Source of the DNA: Verrucomicrobiota bacterium
Lineage (GTDB): Bacteria; Verrucomicrobiota; Verrucomicrobiia; Limisphaerales; CANJSG01
DNA: 56,027 nucleotides
NCBI GenBank assembly: GCA_038209745.1
Contig: JBBQXJ010000024.1
Coordinates: forward strand, 1 to 56,027
Direction: 5' to 3'
The position numbers and the translations under genes were made by a program. Positions 37,182 through 46,876 of this stretch are shown in pieces; position 1 is the stretch's first letter; each line of letters starts with the position of its first letter. Below the pieces are notes generated by a model. It was not told the DNA's origin and made no database searches. It saw only the letters and a program-made list of their open reading frames with translations.

Positions 37182-39014
37182 CTAGGAGGCTTTTCCCGCG
37201 ACGATCGGCGACTGGACGACTTCGTCGATGCGCAGCTCCTTCTTCGTTCCCTCGAATTCGAATTCCGCCACGGTGCCGACGGTCTTGTTCATGAGGCACT
37301 GCCCGAGCGGGGTCAGGTAGCTGAGGATGTTCTTGTCCGGGTCGCCGTCCCAAGCTCCGAGAATGTCATAGGTCTCGGAGGTCTTGGTGGCCAGATCGGT
37401 GGCGCTGACCCGTGTGCCGAGTCCGACCACATCGGTCTTGGCCCCGGAGAAATCGGTGCCGCGCGCGCGGCCGAGATCCACTTCCAGCTCGGTCTTGCGG
37501 CGCATCAGCACCTTCTGCATTTCCTTGGCGGCCTTGTATTCGTGGTTTTCGCGCAGGTCACCGTAGCTGCGGGCGATGGCGATCTCCTTGGAGTTGGCCG
37601 GGACCTTCTTCTGCACCAGTTCGGTGTATTCGTTCTTCCGCCGTTCGAGGCTTTCCCAGGAAACGAGGAGGTTGGATTCCTGACGGGTGGAATCTCCGGT
37701 GATGATCGACTGGATGCCGGGGTAGCTCTTGACGATACGACCGAGCAGGGACCGCTTGTCCATGTCGTCGAACACAGGCGAGAGCTGCAGGGCGCGCGTC
37801 AGATCCTTGATGATCTCCAGATCGGCCGAACCAATGAGGTCCACGATCAGTTCCTGGTCGTCGAGGATGAAGTCGCGGAGCCGGTTGGAGCGCTTCTCCA
37901 TGAACTGGTCCCGTTCCATCGCGGTCAGAGCGGCGCGGAAAACATCCGGTCCGAGGATGTCTGCGAAGGAGTCGCTGCGCTCTTTGCAGAGCCAAAGGAG
38001 GAGGTCGGAGCTGATGCTGTGCTGGCTGATGAGCCGGGTCAGCGTGTCCTTGAGCGCGTTTAGCTTGCCGCCTGCGATCAAGGTATGGGCGATCTCGCCG
38101 GCCAACTTGGTGCCGACGGAGTTGATCACGCCCATCAACGCTTCCTGCCAGAGCGCGGTCGAGTCCTTGTAGGACTGGAGCGCGCGACGGTGCTTGGATG
38201 CGGTGATGTCCTCGAGCAGCGAGGCGAGCCGGAGTTCGGCGTGCCAGATGGTGTTCGAATCGACCTCTCCCTCGATCGCGGCAAGGTCGCAGGCGGTGCG
38301 GAGATCGTCGCGAACGAAGATGGCTTCCAGCGCGACCGCCGGCTGGGTCCGTTGATGGGTGGCGATCTCGGCGTTGAGAGCGACGACCATTTCAGAGGCC
38401 AACGCATTCTTGTCCGTCAGATCCTCCATGCTCTTAAGAGCCTCGAAAACGACGCCCACCTTGGCTTTGAGACCTTTTCCAGCGCGGAAATCGGTCATCA
38501 ACCGGTCTTGAAGCGAGGTTTCCTCCGACTGGTAGATGATCGGATCGGTCTTCTTGGCCGGAATGAGAAAGTGGCCGTCCTTCTTCATCTCGCGCCGGGC
38601 GACTTCCCACCACTTCTTCCAGTCCTCGGCGATGACATCCGGCACAAGGATCTTCTGGATCTGGTCAAGCGTCGCCTTGCCGCCGTAGCTCTTGAGCACG
38701 ACCCGGATCAAGTCCAGGTGGTGGAGGGCTGCGGTTTGCCGGAGGGCGTCGATGTTCGAGAGCTTCTGGGCCAGAATGTGGTCTTTGGCGATTGGCACCA
38801 GCGAGTCGGCCGAAAAGCCCAGGTCCATCGTGTGGCCGGCCTTGTCGATGAAATCGATGGTGAACCGCGAGAACACCACGTCCACGGCGGTGATGCGGCC
38901 GAATCCCCAGCTCTTGTGGGAACAAAAGCCGCATTCCATCAAGGTCACCAGCTGATCCACATGCTGATGCTGGATCTTCCCGGTCCTGACCAGTTTCTCA
39001 AATTCCTCTCTCAT
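37182..39014 (-). CDS. greA: GreA/GreB-family elongation factor with long N-terminal extension
   Basis: C-terminal IAIARSYGDLRENHEYKAAKE and ILSYLTPLGQCL; ~450-aa N-terminal extension beginning with HKSWGFGRI. Confidence 0.92.
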   Translation of the reverse strand: MREEFEKLVRTGKIQHQHVDQLVTLMECGFCSHKSWGFGRITAVDVVFSRFTIDFIDKAGHTMDLGFSADSLVPIAKDHILAQKLSNIDALRQTAALHHLDLIRVVLKSYGGKATLDQIQKILVPDVIAEDWKKWWEVARREMKKDGHFLIPAKKTDPIIYQSEETSLQDRLMTDFRAGKGLKAKVGVVFEALKSMEDLTDKNALASEMVVALNAEIATHQRTQPAVALEAIFVRDDLRTACDLAAIEGEVDSNTIWHAELRLASLLEDITASKHRRALQSYKDSTALWQEALMGVINSVGTKLAGEIAHTLIAGGKLNALKDTLTRLISQHSISSDLLLWLCKERSDSFADILGPDVFRAALTAMERDQFMEKRSNRLRDFILDDQELIVDLIGSADLEIIKDLTRALQLSPVFDDMDKRSLLGRIVKSYPGIQSIITGDSTRQESNLLVSWESLERRKNEYTELVQKKVPANSKEIAIARSYGDLRENHEYKAAKEMQKVLMRRKTELEVDLGRARGTDFSGAKTDVVGLGTRVSATDLATKTSETYDILGAWDGDPDKNILSYLTPLGQCLMNKTVGTVAEFEFEGTKKELRIDEVVQSPIVAGKAS

Positions 39015-39064
39015 AAATCGTAAATACTCGCGTCGTCTCCCAGTGCTCGAACAAAATAAGCGGG

Positions 39065-40372
39065 TTGAACAACAGAAATCCAAGAGAAATTGCCCTGAGG
39101 GTCCTGCTTGCCGCCAGAGAAAACGCCTACGTGGAGGAGGCGTTGGACCAAGAACTGGCGGCAAACCCCATGCCCACGGTAGATCGGGGCCTTTGCCGTG
39201 AACTCGTTTTTGGCGTCGTCCGGTGGCGCGCCACCCTCGATTGGCTCATCACCCAGAACACCGACGGGCGGGAGCCCCGACCGGACTTGCGCGACGTCCT
39301 CCGTCTCGGGCTCTACCAGATCTTCTGGTTGACGCGCATCCCGGACCACGCCGCGGTCAACGAAACCGTCGCCTTGGCCCGCTTCGCCGGACTCGACGCC
39401 CAAGCGGGCTTCGTCAACGCCGTCCTCCGCCGCTGCCTCCGGGAGCGCGACGACACCGCCATCGCCCTTGAAGAGCTGAAGGAGACGGACCCCTCCACCG
39501 GCTGGTCCCACCCCAAGTGGTTGGTGGAACGTTGGGAACGTAATTGGGGACCCGACAACACCCACAACCTGATGCTGTGGGACAATTCCCCGCCACCCAC
39601 CTTCGCCCGGGTCAACACGCACCGGATTTCAGCCGCCGATCTCGAAGCCGCCTGGACCACGGAAAAGGTGAACTTCCTCAAGCGCGAATTCCCCTGGACC
39701 GGCCCGGATCTGGTCTACGAACTCATCTCCCATCCGCACCTTCCCTCGATGCCGAGCTTCCAGCAGGGCGGCTTCTACCTCCAGGACCCCAGCACGCTTT
39801 TAGCCGTCGCGGAGCTCGACCCGCAACCGGGCGAGACGATTCTCGACGCCTGCGCCGCGCCCGGGGGCAAGACCACCTACATCGCCCAGCGGATGCAGAA
39901 CCGAGGCAGGATCGTCGCGGAAGACGCGGAAAAAGCGCGCCTCGGTCTGATCCGGGAAAACACCCAGCGCCTCGGCCTGACCTGTATCGACGCCGCCGTC
40001 ACTCCGGCCAAGCCGCTGCCCGCCACGGCCGGGAACCTCCACGCCTTCGACCGCGTCCTCATCGACGCCCCCTGCTCCAACTCGGGCGTTCTTCGCCGCC
40101 GCATCCAGCTCCGCTGGCGCATCCAGCCGGAAGAGCTGGCCCGCCTTCGAAAGACCCAGTTGGAAATTCTCCGCACCCATGCGCCCCGGTTGAAGCCCGG
40201 CGGCGTGCTCGTCTACAGCACCTGCAGCCTGGAACGGGAGGAGAACCGCGACGTCGTCGATGCCTTCCTGGCGGAACACCTGGACTTCACTCTGGAGCGA
40301 GACCGCCAGCTCACCCCTTTCCAAGAACAAGTCGACGGCGCCTACGTCGCACGATTCAAGAAACGGGCTTAG
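39065..40372 (+). CDS. rsmB: 16S rRNA m5C967 methyltransferase RsmB/Sun
   Basis: NusB-like N-terminus (LRLGLYQI, HAAVNETV, FVNAVLR), DACAAPGGKT, DAPCSNSG and YSTCS. Confidence 0.96.
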   Translation: MNNRNPREIALRVLLAARENAYVEEALDQELAANPMPTVDRGLCRELVFGVVRWRATLDWLITQNTDGREPRPDLRDVLRLGLYQIFWLTRIPDHAAVNETVALARFAGLDAQAGFVNAVLRRCLRERDDTAIALEELKETDPSTGWSHPKWLVERWERNWGPDNTHNLMLWDNSPPPTFARVNTHRISAADLEAAWTTEKVNFLKREFPWTGPDLVYELISHPHLPSMPSFQQGGFYLQDPSTLLAVAELDPQPGETILDACAAPGGKTTYIAQRMQNRGRIVAEDAEKARLGLIRENTQRLGLTCIDAAVTPAKPLPATAGNLHAFDRVLIDAPCSNSGVLRRRIQLRWRIQPEELARLRKTQLEILRTHAPRLKPGGVLVYSTCSLEREENRDVVDAFLAEHLDFTLERDRQLTPFQEQVDGAYVARFKKRA

Positions 40373-40399
40373 GCCCAGACGCTCCCACCATCACGACCG

Positions 40400-42280
40400 C
40401 TACGGCACCCGCTCCAATCGGAAGAAGCGGTATCCGATCCCTCCGAGCGAAATCGACACGACACCGACGTCGTTTGTCGGCTGGACCGGGTTGGCAACCC
40501 GGGTCCAATTGACCAGGTCTGATGAGCCCTGGGGCTCGTAGAGATCGTAGGCCCGGGCCGTGAAAGTCAGGTTCGTCGACTCCGAGAGTCCGATCCGCAA
40601 GACCGAGTCGATCCCCGTCGGGTCCGTTCCGGCCAGGAACTCCTGGAAGTTGGACGCCCCGTCGCCGTCGAAATCATCATCAGCCCCGCGCTTCGTCCCG
40701 ACGGACGGATCGGCGTTGCCGAAATACTGGATCATCCAGTTGTCCGGAATGCCGTCCGAGGTTCCGAAGGGCGACGAGTCGTTGCTGAATGAAAGCACCC
40801 GGACCGGGCTCCACGGAGAGCCGTTGGTGCCGTCGGAGAACCGATAAAAAGCGCTCTCATACCCTTGGCCGCTCCCCGGTGTCAGCCGGGGCGAATCCCC
40901 GAAGTTTCCAGCAGGACTGAAGGTCAAGACCCGGCCTATGGATGTAAACGTCCCGTTATTCGCGGTCTGGTTGGTGAGGATCAAGGTCAGGTCGGTCCCA
41001 TCCAGATCGTAGCCCCGGAGTTCCACGGAATTGATCCCGGCCACATTGGGCGTGGTCGAAGCGGTGACCACGTGGAGGAACCGAGGATAGTTCCAAGGCG
41101 GCGTGTTCTTCGTCGGGTAGACCTGCTGGATTACCGGCGGATCATAGACCCCCAGCTTTGCCCCGCGTCCGTCGGCATGGACATAGGCAAACATCATCGC
41201 CTGCCGCAGAGTGTTGCTGCTCTCGCCCTGGTTGATGCTCGAGTGGGCCATGCTCAAAACGTGGCCGATCTCGTGGCACGCCACTTCCTCGAAGGTCTTG
41301 GCGTTCTGCATCGACGCGGCGGTGTGATTTAGGACCAGGTAACCGCGGGAGGTGGGGTGAAACTCGTTGCCCCTCACATTGCCACCCTCACCACCGTCCC
41401 CGAATGCAATGAAAGCATATCTGCGACCGCCGATCCCCAGCGTGCCGGCGTCGACGATGTAGCGGTATTGGTCGTGCAACTGGATCCGGATGCGGCCGTC
41501 GTCCACCTCCACATTGGCCGGCGCCATTCCGAAACTCTCCATGCCATCGAAGACGAACCGGGCGGAAGTCACGCCGCTCCATGCCTGGAAGGCGTTGCTG
41601 ACGGCCGTCAGGCATTGCTCCAGCGACAGCCCCGCCGGCTTGGCGTCCGCATCGACGAGGTAGTGGATCGGCTCGCCCCGGTCCGGAGCCGTGAACCGAG
41701 AGGAAACCCCGCCCTCTGGAATAAGATTGGTCGCAACCGTCTGAGAAACCGTCGATCCGTCCGCATCGAACCAAGACGCGCTGAAGCCCCTGAAATCGGC
41801 GCCATCCTCCGGGGTCTCCAACATTTGCCGCCGCACTGCGGCCGCCACGGCGTCGCCGTCGACCAAGGACGTTGGTGAACGGCCCGAGCCGGAGACCCGC
41901 ACCGCGCCGGCGTCGCCTTCAGGGATAGTGACGAACCCTCCAGGGCTTCGGCCGAGAAACAGCAGCAGCGATTCGCCCCGCACCAGGGCAAACCCACCGT
42001 CCACCTCCAAAACGTGGCCCACGGCGCCTCCGCGATACTTCACTTCCACCACTGCGGGAAACCGACCCTTCAAAGCTTCTTCCACCCGGATCGCCGCCCG
42101 CGTGTAGATCCCGCCGGATGCTTCCCGATACGAGTCCAAGGCCACGACATTCCCCCGGCAGATCGCCTCGGCACGCGACACACGTTCAGACAAGGTTCGC
42201 GGAACCAGCGACGTGGCCCAAGAAGTGAGAGAGCCTGCCAAGCAGGCCATTCCGGCTAGGAGGATGAGCAACGGTTTCAT
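40400..42280 (-). CDS. Secreted matrixin/metzincin-like metalloprotease with Ca-binding DGDG motif and C-terminal FFRL domain
   Basis: Signal peptide MKPLLILL; HEIGHVLSMAH plus Met-turn AMMF; SDGIPDNW...DFDGDGASNFQEFLAGTDP. Confidence 0.88.
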   Translation of the reverse strand: MKPLLILLAGMACLAGSLTSWATSLVPRTLSERVSRAEAICRGNVVALDSYREASGGIYTRAAIRVEEALKGRFPAVVEVKYRGGAVGHVLEVDGGFALVRGESLLLFLGRSPGGFVTIPEGDAGAVRVSGSGRSPTSLVDGDAVAAAVRRQMLETPEDGADFRGFSASWFDADGSTVSQTVATNLIPEGGVSSRFTAPDRGEPIHYLVDADAKPAGLSLEQCLTAVSNAFQAWSGVTSARFVFDGMESFGMAPANVEVDDGRIRIQLHDQYRYIVDAGTLGIGGRRYAFIAFGDGGEGGNVRGNEFHPTSRGYLVLNHTAASMQNAKTFEEVACHEIGHVLSMAHSSINQGESSNTLRQAMMFAYVHADGRGAKLGVYDPPVIQQVYPTKNTPPWNYPRFLHVVTASTTPNVAGINSVELRGYDLDGTDLTLILTNQTANNGTFTSIGRVLTFSPAGNFGDSPRLTPGSGQGYESAFYRFSDGTNGSPWSPVRVLSFSNDSSPFGTSDGIPDNWMIQYFGNADPSVGTKRGADDDFDGDGASNFQEFLAGTDPTGIDSVLRIGLSESTNLTFTARAYDLYEPQGSSDLVNWTRVANPVQPTNDVGVVSISLGGIGYRFFRLERVP

Positions 42281-42383
42281 GGCGCAGGATTCCTGTAGGC
42301 AAGGCACCGCCAAAACCGGGGTCTGGCAAGTCCACAATTACCGGCGACAGAAGGCTGCCTCCCGGCCCCCCACGCGCCGCCGC

Positions 42384-43337
42384 CTAGGGGAGCAACTCGG
42401 CCCGGTAGAACCGGGCGGAACCGGAAGCCGGAAGCGTCAGCTGCTGGGAAGCCGAAACGAGGGTGTTGGTCTGGACCGGCACCCACGTGGCCAGATCGCT
42501 GCTCGCGAGGATCCGGAACGTCTGCCCGGCCTCCGCGTCCAACCGCACGGAGAAACTCGCGCCCGTCAATTGAGGCCCGAACAGCCTCGGTCCGGTCCCG
42601 CCCCCACTCTCGGAGCCGTAGACCGAAATGTTGTCCGCGCCGACGGCGTCGGAAGTCGACGCCCACAGGCTGACGCGCCCCAGAACATCGGACCCCGTCG
42701 TGGTGATTCCGATAAAGGCGTTTTCCAGGGCGTCCTGCACGTTCGCCACGATGTTGCTCCCGATCAGAGCGTTCGTCTGATTGTAGACTTGGATGGTCAC
42801 GGTCCCGGCATTGCTGTTCCCGAGCCGGTAAAACGTCGGCACCAAGGAAACCGCCCGGGGGGCCTTGCCGGCGACCGAGGAGAAGATGATGTCGACGCTT
42901 TCGTTCTGCAGATTCCCGCTCACCTGGTTCGACGGCTGTTTGTTGCCGGAATTGCCGGTGAAGTTCGTCGGCGAGAAGAACAACCCGCCTCCCGGCATCG
43001 TGTTGGTCGCGCCCTCACCGAGAGCATTGCTCTGCACCCGGATCCCGGAGGCGACGCTCGTGCCGGCCGCGAAGGGCCCATTGGCCACGCCCGGCGCCAA
43101 AGGATCGTTGATCGCTATCGCCGACGCGTTTCCCGCGGACGACCAGTTCTCGGTGCCCATCAGGGAGAAGGCGGCTGCCGCCGAGGTGAAGGCGGGCAGT
43201 GTCGTCTGGAACTCGACTCCGGCCAGACCCGTGCCGACCGAAAAGTGCAGCGCCGCGAGCGCGGTGATGGAGACGGCGAAACTGCGGATCCGCGCTGAAA
43301 ACAACGGGCGACGACTTCTTTGAATCAGGTTGTCCAT
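42384..43337 (-). CDS. Secreted hypothetical protein with C-terminal FYRA domain
   Basis: Signal-like segment FAVSITALAALHFSVGTGLAG; beta-rich core; C-terminus ASSDLATWVPV...RFYRAELLP. Confidence 0.8.
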   Translation of the reverse strand: MDNLIQRSRRPLFSARIRSFAVSITALAALHFSVGTGLAGVEFQTTLPAFTSAAAAFSLMGTENWSSAGNASAIAINDPLAPGVANGPFAAGTSVASGIRVQSNALGEGATNTMPGGGLFFSPTNFTGNSGNKQPSNQVSGNLQNESVDIIFSSVAGKAPRAVSLVPTFYRLGNSNAGTVTIQVYNQTNALIGSNIVANVQDALENAFIGITTTGSDVLGRVSLWASTSDAVGADNISVYGSESGGGTGPRLFGPQLTGASFSVRLDAEAGQTFRILASSDLATWVPVQTNTLVSASQQLTLPASGSARFYRAELLP

Positions 43338-43578
43338 ACTGGCTATCGATTGACGTTTCCCTCCGATGCGATTTGCCGATCCGTCGGTTCGCGAAGAACC
43401 CGGGCACGGCGCCTGGCCACAAACCACATCCCGGAGGCGATGGGGCGATCACGACGACACGCCGAATCCCGGCTCATGCTTCATGATGAGCTTGCGTTTT
43501 GGCAGGCCAGACGCAATCGGTCAACGGCTCCGGCAGGGGATTTTACCATGCAACCCGACCCGCCCGAACCCACCGGAG

Positions 43579-44643
43579 CTACTTCTTGAGCAGCTGCGCG
43601 CCGTAGTCGTTGGACGGATCGCGATACATCGTGTGCAGATGCATTGTCGGATCGCCGCCCAGTTTTTGCGGGGCGTATTCGATGAAGACGGTGGGCCCCT
43701 GGATGCGGAAGTAGGCCGGGGTGCCGGGCTTTGTGGGACCGCTCCACGCGAAGTAGGTCCCGGCCAGGTTCGACTTGATCTCGGCCATCTTCTTCGCGGC
43801 GGCTTCGTCGTTGATGATGCCCACCCACTTGCTCGCCAAGTCCAGCAGCAGCGCCTTCTGGGTCTCGGAGAACGAGGACGCCTTCACGCCTTCCGGCATG
43901 ATCTTCTTTCCGTCCTGACCCGGCCCGAGAACGAGGTCGCGCATCTGGGCGCCGAGGATCGCCTCCTTGCGCTGGCCTTCATCGAGGGCGTTGATCAACT
44001 GGAACGAAAGGTCCGTTTCTTCGCCGAGCGGGCGGATCGTCTTTCCGTCCACGACGTAGCGGGCGGGCTGCGTGGCAGTGTGGCTGGGAGTCAAGAGGTT
44101 GTCCCGGCCGATGACGGTGATGTTCAGCGCGAGGTGATGCCCGCCGAACTGGATGATCCAGCGGTCCGCCGGGGACGGTTTTCCGACGAACGAAATGTAG
44201 AACTCGTCCCGGCCAAACTTGATCCCGCCCGGCTGGCCCTCCTTTCGAAGTTGCTCCTCGGCTTCGATGATCTCCATCGCCTTGCGATAGCCCATCGAGC
44301 TCAACGCGGCGGCGAGGACGGCTTTGGCGGCGTCCTGCTGCGCGGGTTTCAGATCTCCCATTCGCAGGCCCGCCCGCTGGTAGATGCCCGTCGGCAAGTT
44401 GGACCAGTTCTTCCGCTGCACCTCGTCGTCGGCAGCGAAAACGGCCTTGGCCCGGCCAGCATCGTCGAGGGTGGCGAGAAAGGCGTTGGCGGCCGCCACG
44501 ACGCGCTGGGTCGCGTTGGCACTCGCCGGGGCGGCGGCTTCAGCCGCCGTCGCGGAGACGAAACAGCCGATGCCCACAATGCCCGCTCCCGAGAGCAGAA
44601 TGGCCAGCACCGCGGCGGAGGGGGAGAATCTTCGAGGTTTCAT
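43579..44643 (-). CDS. DUF3500 domain-containing secreted protein
   Basis: AANAFLATL, WSNLP, QFGGHHLALN, FAWSG, YFRIQGP..FIEY and HLHTMYRDPSNDYG. Confidence 0.9.
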   Translation of the reverse strand: MKPRRFSPSAAVLAILLSGAGIVGIGCFVSATAAEAAAPASANATQRVVAAANAFLATLDDAGRAKAVFAADDEVQRKNWSNLPTGIYQRAGLRMGDLKPAQQDAAKAVLAAALSSMGYRKAMEIIEAEEQLRKEGQPGGIKFGRDEFYISFVGKPSPADRWIIQFGGHHLALNITVIGRDNLLTPSHTATQPARYVVDGKTIRPLGEETDLSFQLINALDEGQRKEAILGAQMRDLVLGPGQDGKKIMPEGVKASSFSETQKALLLDLASKWVGIINDEAAAKKMAEIKSNLAGTYFAWSGPTKPGTPAYFRIQGPTVFIEYAPQKLGGDPTMHLHTMYRDPSNDYGAQLLKK

Positions 44644-44729
44644 GGTAGGAGGAGTGTGTCCGGAGCGTGGCTGGATCCCGGCAAAAGGCGACCGGAAAAC
44701 AAGACGTCCCCCACTTCGGAAGAGCCGCT

Positions 44730-45413
44730 TCACCGTCTGCGAAGACGCGCCGTTCGGCTTCGAAAAGCCCACCAGACCAGCAAAGTGATCCCCACGCCGA
44801 TCGCCAGCCGACCCGGCCATCCACCCGTTGATCGGCCCGGCAACGCGACCGTCGGGTCGATGTCGGCCGCGAGCGTGTAGTCGAATTCCAAGCGAGTCTG
44901 GAGGAGGTTCCGTTCCTGTCGGCCGATGCCGACCGCTCTGGATTCGGGCACGAGGGCGTTGGCCTGATAGACCGAGTAATTGGTCAGATAATGGTTCTGG
45001 AAACTCAGCCGATGAATCCCCGGAACCAACCCAGCCACAGCCGCCGAGAACTGGAGATGGACGACGCCCAACCCTTCCGCCATCTCCGCGCCGCCGGGAA
45101 ACCGCGAGCCGGAACACCACAGCGGCAGCTCCCGTGCATCCACCTTCAGGGAGAGACCCGACCGGACCCGCTCCGCGTAAGCCGCACCTTCCGCCGCCGA
45201 CACGGTCCCATCGTGATCCGGATCGATCGAAGGCAGGATCCAGCCGGCCATTTCGACGCCCGGGGTCAACGACACTTCCACGTCGATCCGGCCCGGGCCC
45301 ACCGAGACGAACGACGCCTGCAGGCATTCATCGAGGCGGTGCGACCAACCCATCGTAGGAACGGAAAGGAACGCCACCAGCCAAAGCATTCGGAGGAGTC
45401 GAATCCCTTTCAT
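44730..45413 (-). CDS. Exported protein with N-terminal HRLDE motif and C-terminal TM anchor (HupE/UreJ-associated type)
   Basis: Signal peptide, then HRLDECLQA; EF-hand-like DPDHDGTVSAAE; SVYQANALVP; C-terminal hydrophobic helix plus basic tail. Confidence 0.7.
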   Translation of the reverse strand: MKGIRLLRMLWLVAFLSVPTMGWSHRLDECLQASFVSVGPGRIDVEVSLTPGVEMAGWILPSIDPDHDGTVSAAEGAAYAERVRSGLSLKVDARELPLWCSGSRFPGGAEMAEGLGVVHLQFSAAVAGLVPGIHRLSFQNHYLTNYSVYQANALVPESRAVGIGRQERNLLQTRLEFDYTLAADIDPTVALPGRSTGGWPGRLAIGVGITLLVWWAFRSRTARLRRR

Positions 45414-45426
45414 CGGGCGGGATGGA

Positions 45427-46869
45427 TCACGCCAAGACCGATTTCAGGACCCGGCCGTACACGTCCGTCAGCCTGAAGTCCCGCCCGCCGAAACGATAGG
45501 TCAGCCGCTCGTGGTCGAGACCCAGCAGATGGAGCACCGTGGCCCAAAGATCGTAGGTGGTGCAGGGGTCCTGCACCGCGTAGTAGCCCAGATCGTCCGT
45601 GGCTCCGTGGACGCTGCCGCCCTTCACGCCGCCGCCCGCCATCCATAGGCTGAATCCATACGGATTGTGGTCGCGCCCGCTGCCACCCTGGGAAAACGGC
45701 GTCCGGCCGAATTCGCCGGTGAAGATGACGACCGTGTCCTCGAGAAGCCCGCGCGATTTCAGATCCCGGAGAAGCCCCGCCAAAGGCTGGTCCACCTGAT
45801 GCGCCATCGCGCCATGGCCTTCCTTGATCTGTCCGTGCTGGTCCCACGGGTTGCCCGCGCCGCCGGCACCGATGCCGGCGCTGATGCAGCTCAGCTCCAC
45901 GAAGCGGACGCCGCGTTCGATCAACCGCCGGGCCACGAGGCACTGTCGACCATAGGCGACCGTCGCCGGGTCGTCGGACTCGAGCCCGTAGAGCTTTCTC
46001 GTCGCGTCGGTCTCGCCGGTGATGTCGCACAGCTCCGGCACGGCCGTCTGCATCCGATAGGCCGTCTCGTAGTTGTGGATCGCGGCGTCGATCTGCGGTT
46101 CACCGGCGGTCGCCGAAAAACGGGCGTCCAAATCCCGGATGAACCCAAGGCTTCGCCGTTGGAGAAGGTCGCTCTCGACCGGTTTGATGTTGGCCAGCGC
46201 CGGATCGCGGTCCACCCGAAGAATGGACGCCTGGTGCTCCGCCGGCAGGAACCCGCTGCTGAACACGCCGACCCCACCATGCGGCGGTTGCGCGGATCCG
46301 CTTTGCAGCACGACGAACGCGGGCAGGTTCCGGTTCTCCGAGCCCAACCCGTAGCCCGTCCACGCTCCCGCGCTGGGATGGCCGGCGAAGGGAAAACCGG
46401 TGTGCATCATGTAGTTTCCCTGCGCGTGCTCGTTGACCTTGGTGGTCATCGACCGGATGACCGCCAGCTCGTCCGCCAGCTCCGCGATCTGGGGGAAGAG
46501 GTCCGTCATCTCGATGCCGCTCCGACCGTATCGGCGGGATTCCCAGGGACTGGCCATGATGTTGCCGTTGTCGTTGAACATCGTCGGCTTCACCGGCACC
46601 GGCATCTTCTCGCCGTGGCGCCGCTTCAATTCCGGTTTGGGATCGAACGAGTCGAGGTGCGACACGCCGCCGCTCATGTAGGCGAGGATGACGTGTTTCG
46701 CCCGGGCCTTGAAATGCGTTCCGGGCGGAAGCCCGGGGCCGGTCGGCGCTCCCAGGAGGTTCTCCGAAAACAGGGCCGACAGCGCGAGCCCGCCGAACCC
46801 CAGCGAGCAGCGCCGCAGCATCTCGCGCCGCGTGAGCGGACAGCAGTGGGAAAACTGGGATGCGTTCAT
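45427..46869 (-). CDS. DUF1501 domain-containing protein (Tat-like)
   Basis: [44 protein letters not shown] and GRDHNP. Confidence 0.95.
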   Translation of the reverse strand: MNASQFSHCCPLTRREMLRRCSLGFGGLALSALFSENLLGAPTGPGLPPGTHFKARAKHVILAYMSGGVSHLDSFDPKPELKRRHGEKMPVPVKPTMFNDNGNIMASPWESRRYGRSGIEMTDLFPQIAELADELAVIRSMTTKVNEHAQGNYMMHTGFPFAGHPSAGAWTGYGLGSENRNLPAFVVLQSGSAQPPHGGVGVFSSGFLPAEHQASILRVDRDPALANIKPVESDLLQRRSLGFIRDLDARFSATAGEPQIDAAIHNYETAYRMQTAVPELCDITGETDATRKLYGLESDDPATVAYGRQCLVARRLIERGVRFVELSCISAGIGAGGAGNPWDQHGQIKEGHGAMAHQVDQPLAGLLRDLKSRGLLEDTVVIFTGEFGRTPFSQGGSGRDHNPYGFSLWMAGGGVKGGSVHGATDDLGYYAVQDPCTTYDLWATVLHLLGLDHERLTYRFGGRDFRLTDVYGRVLKSVLA

Positions 46870-46876
46870 ACGGGTC

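Noticed and set aside
41245..41280. HEIGHVLSMAH lacking the Gly of HExxHxxGxxH as a sign of an inactive protease
   Set aside because: All three His ligands, the catalytic Glu and a Met-turn are present; Gly to Ser is a minor variant.
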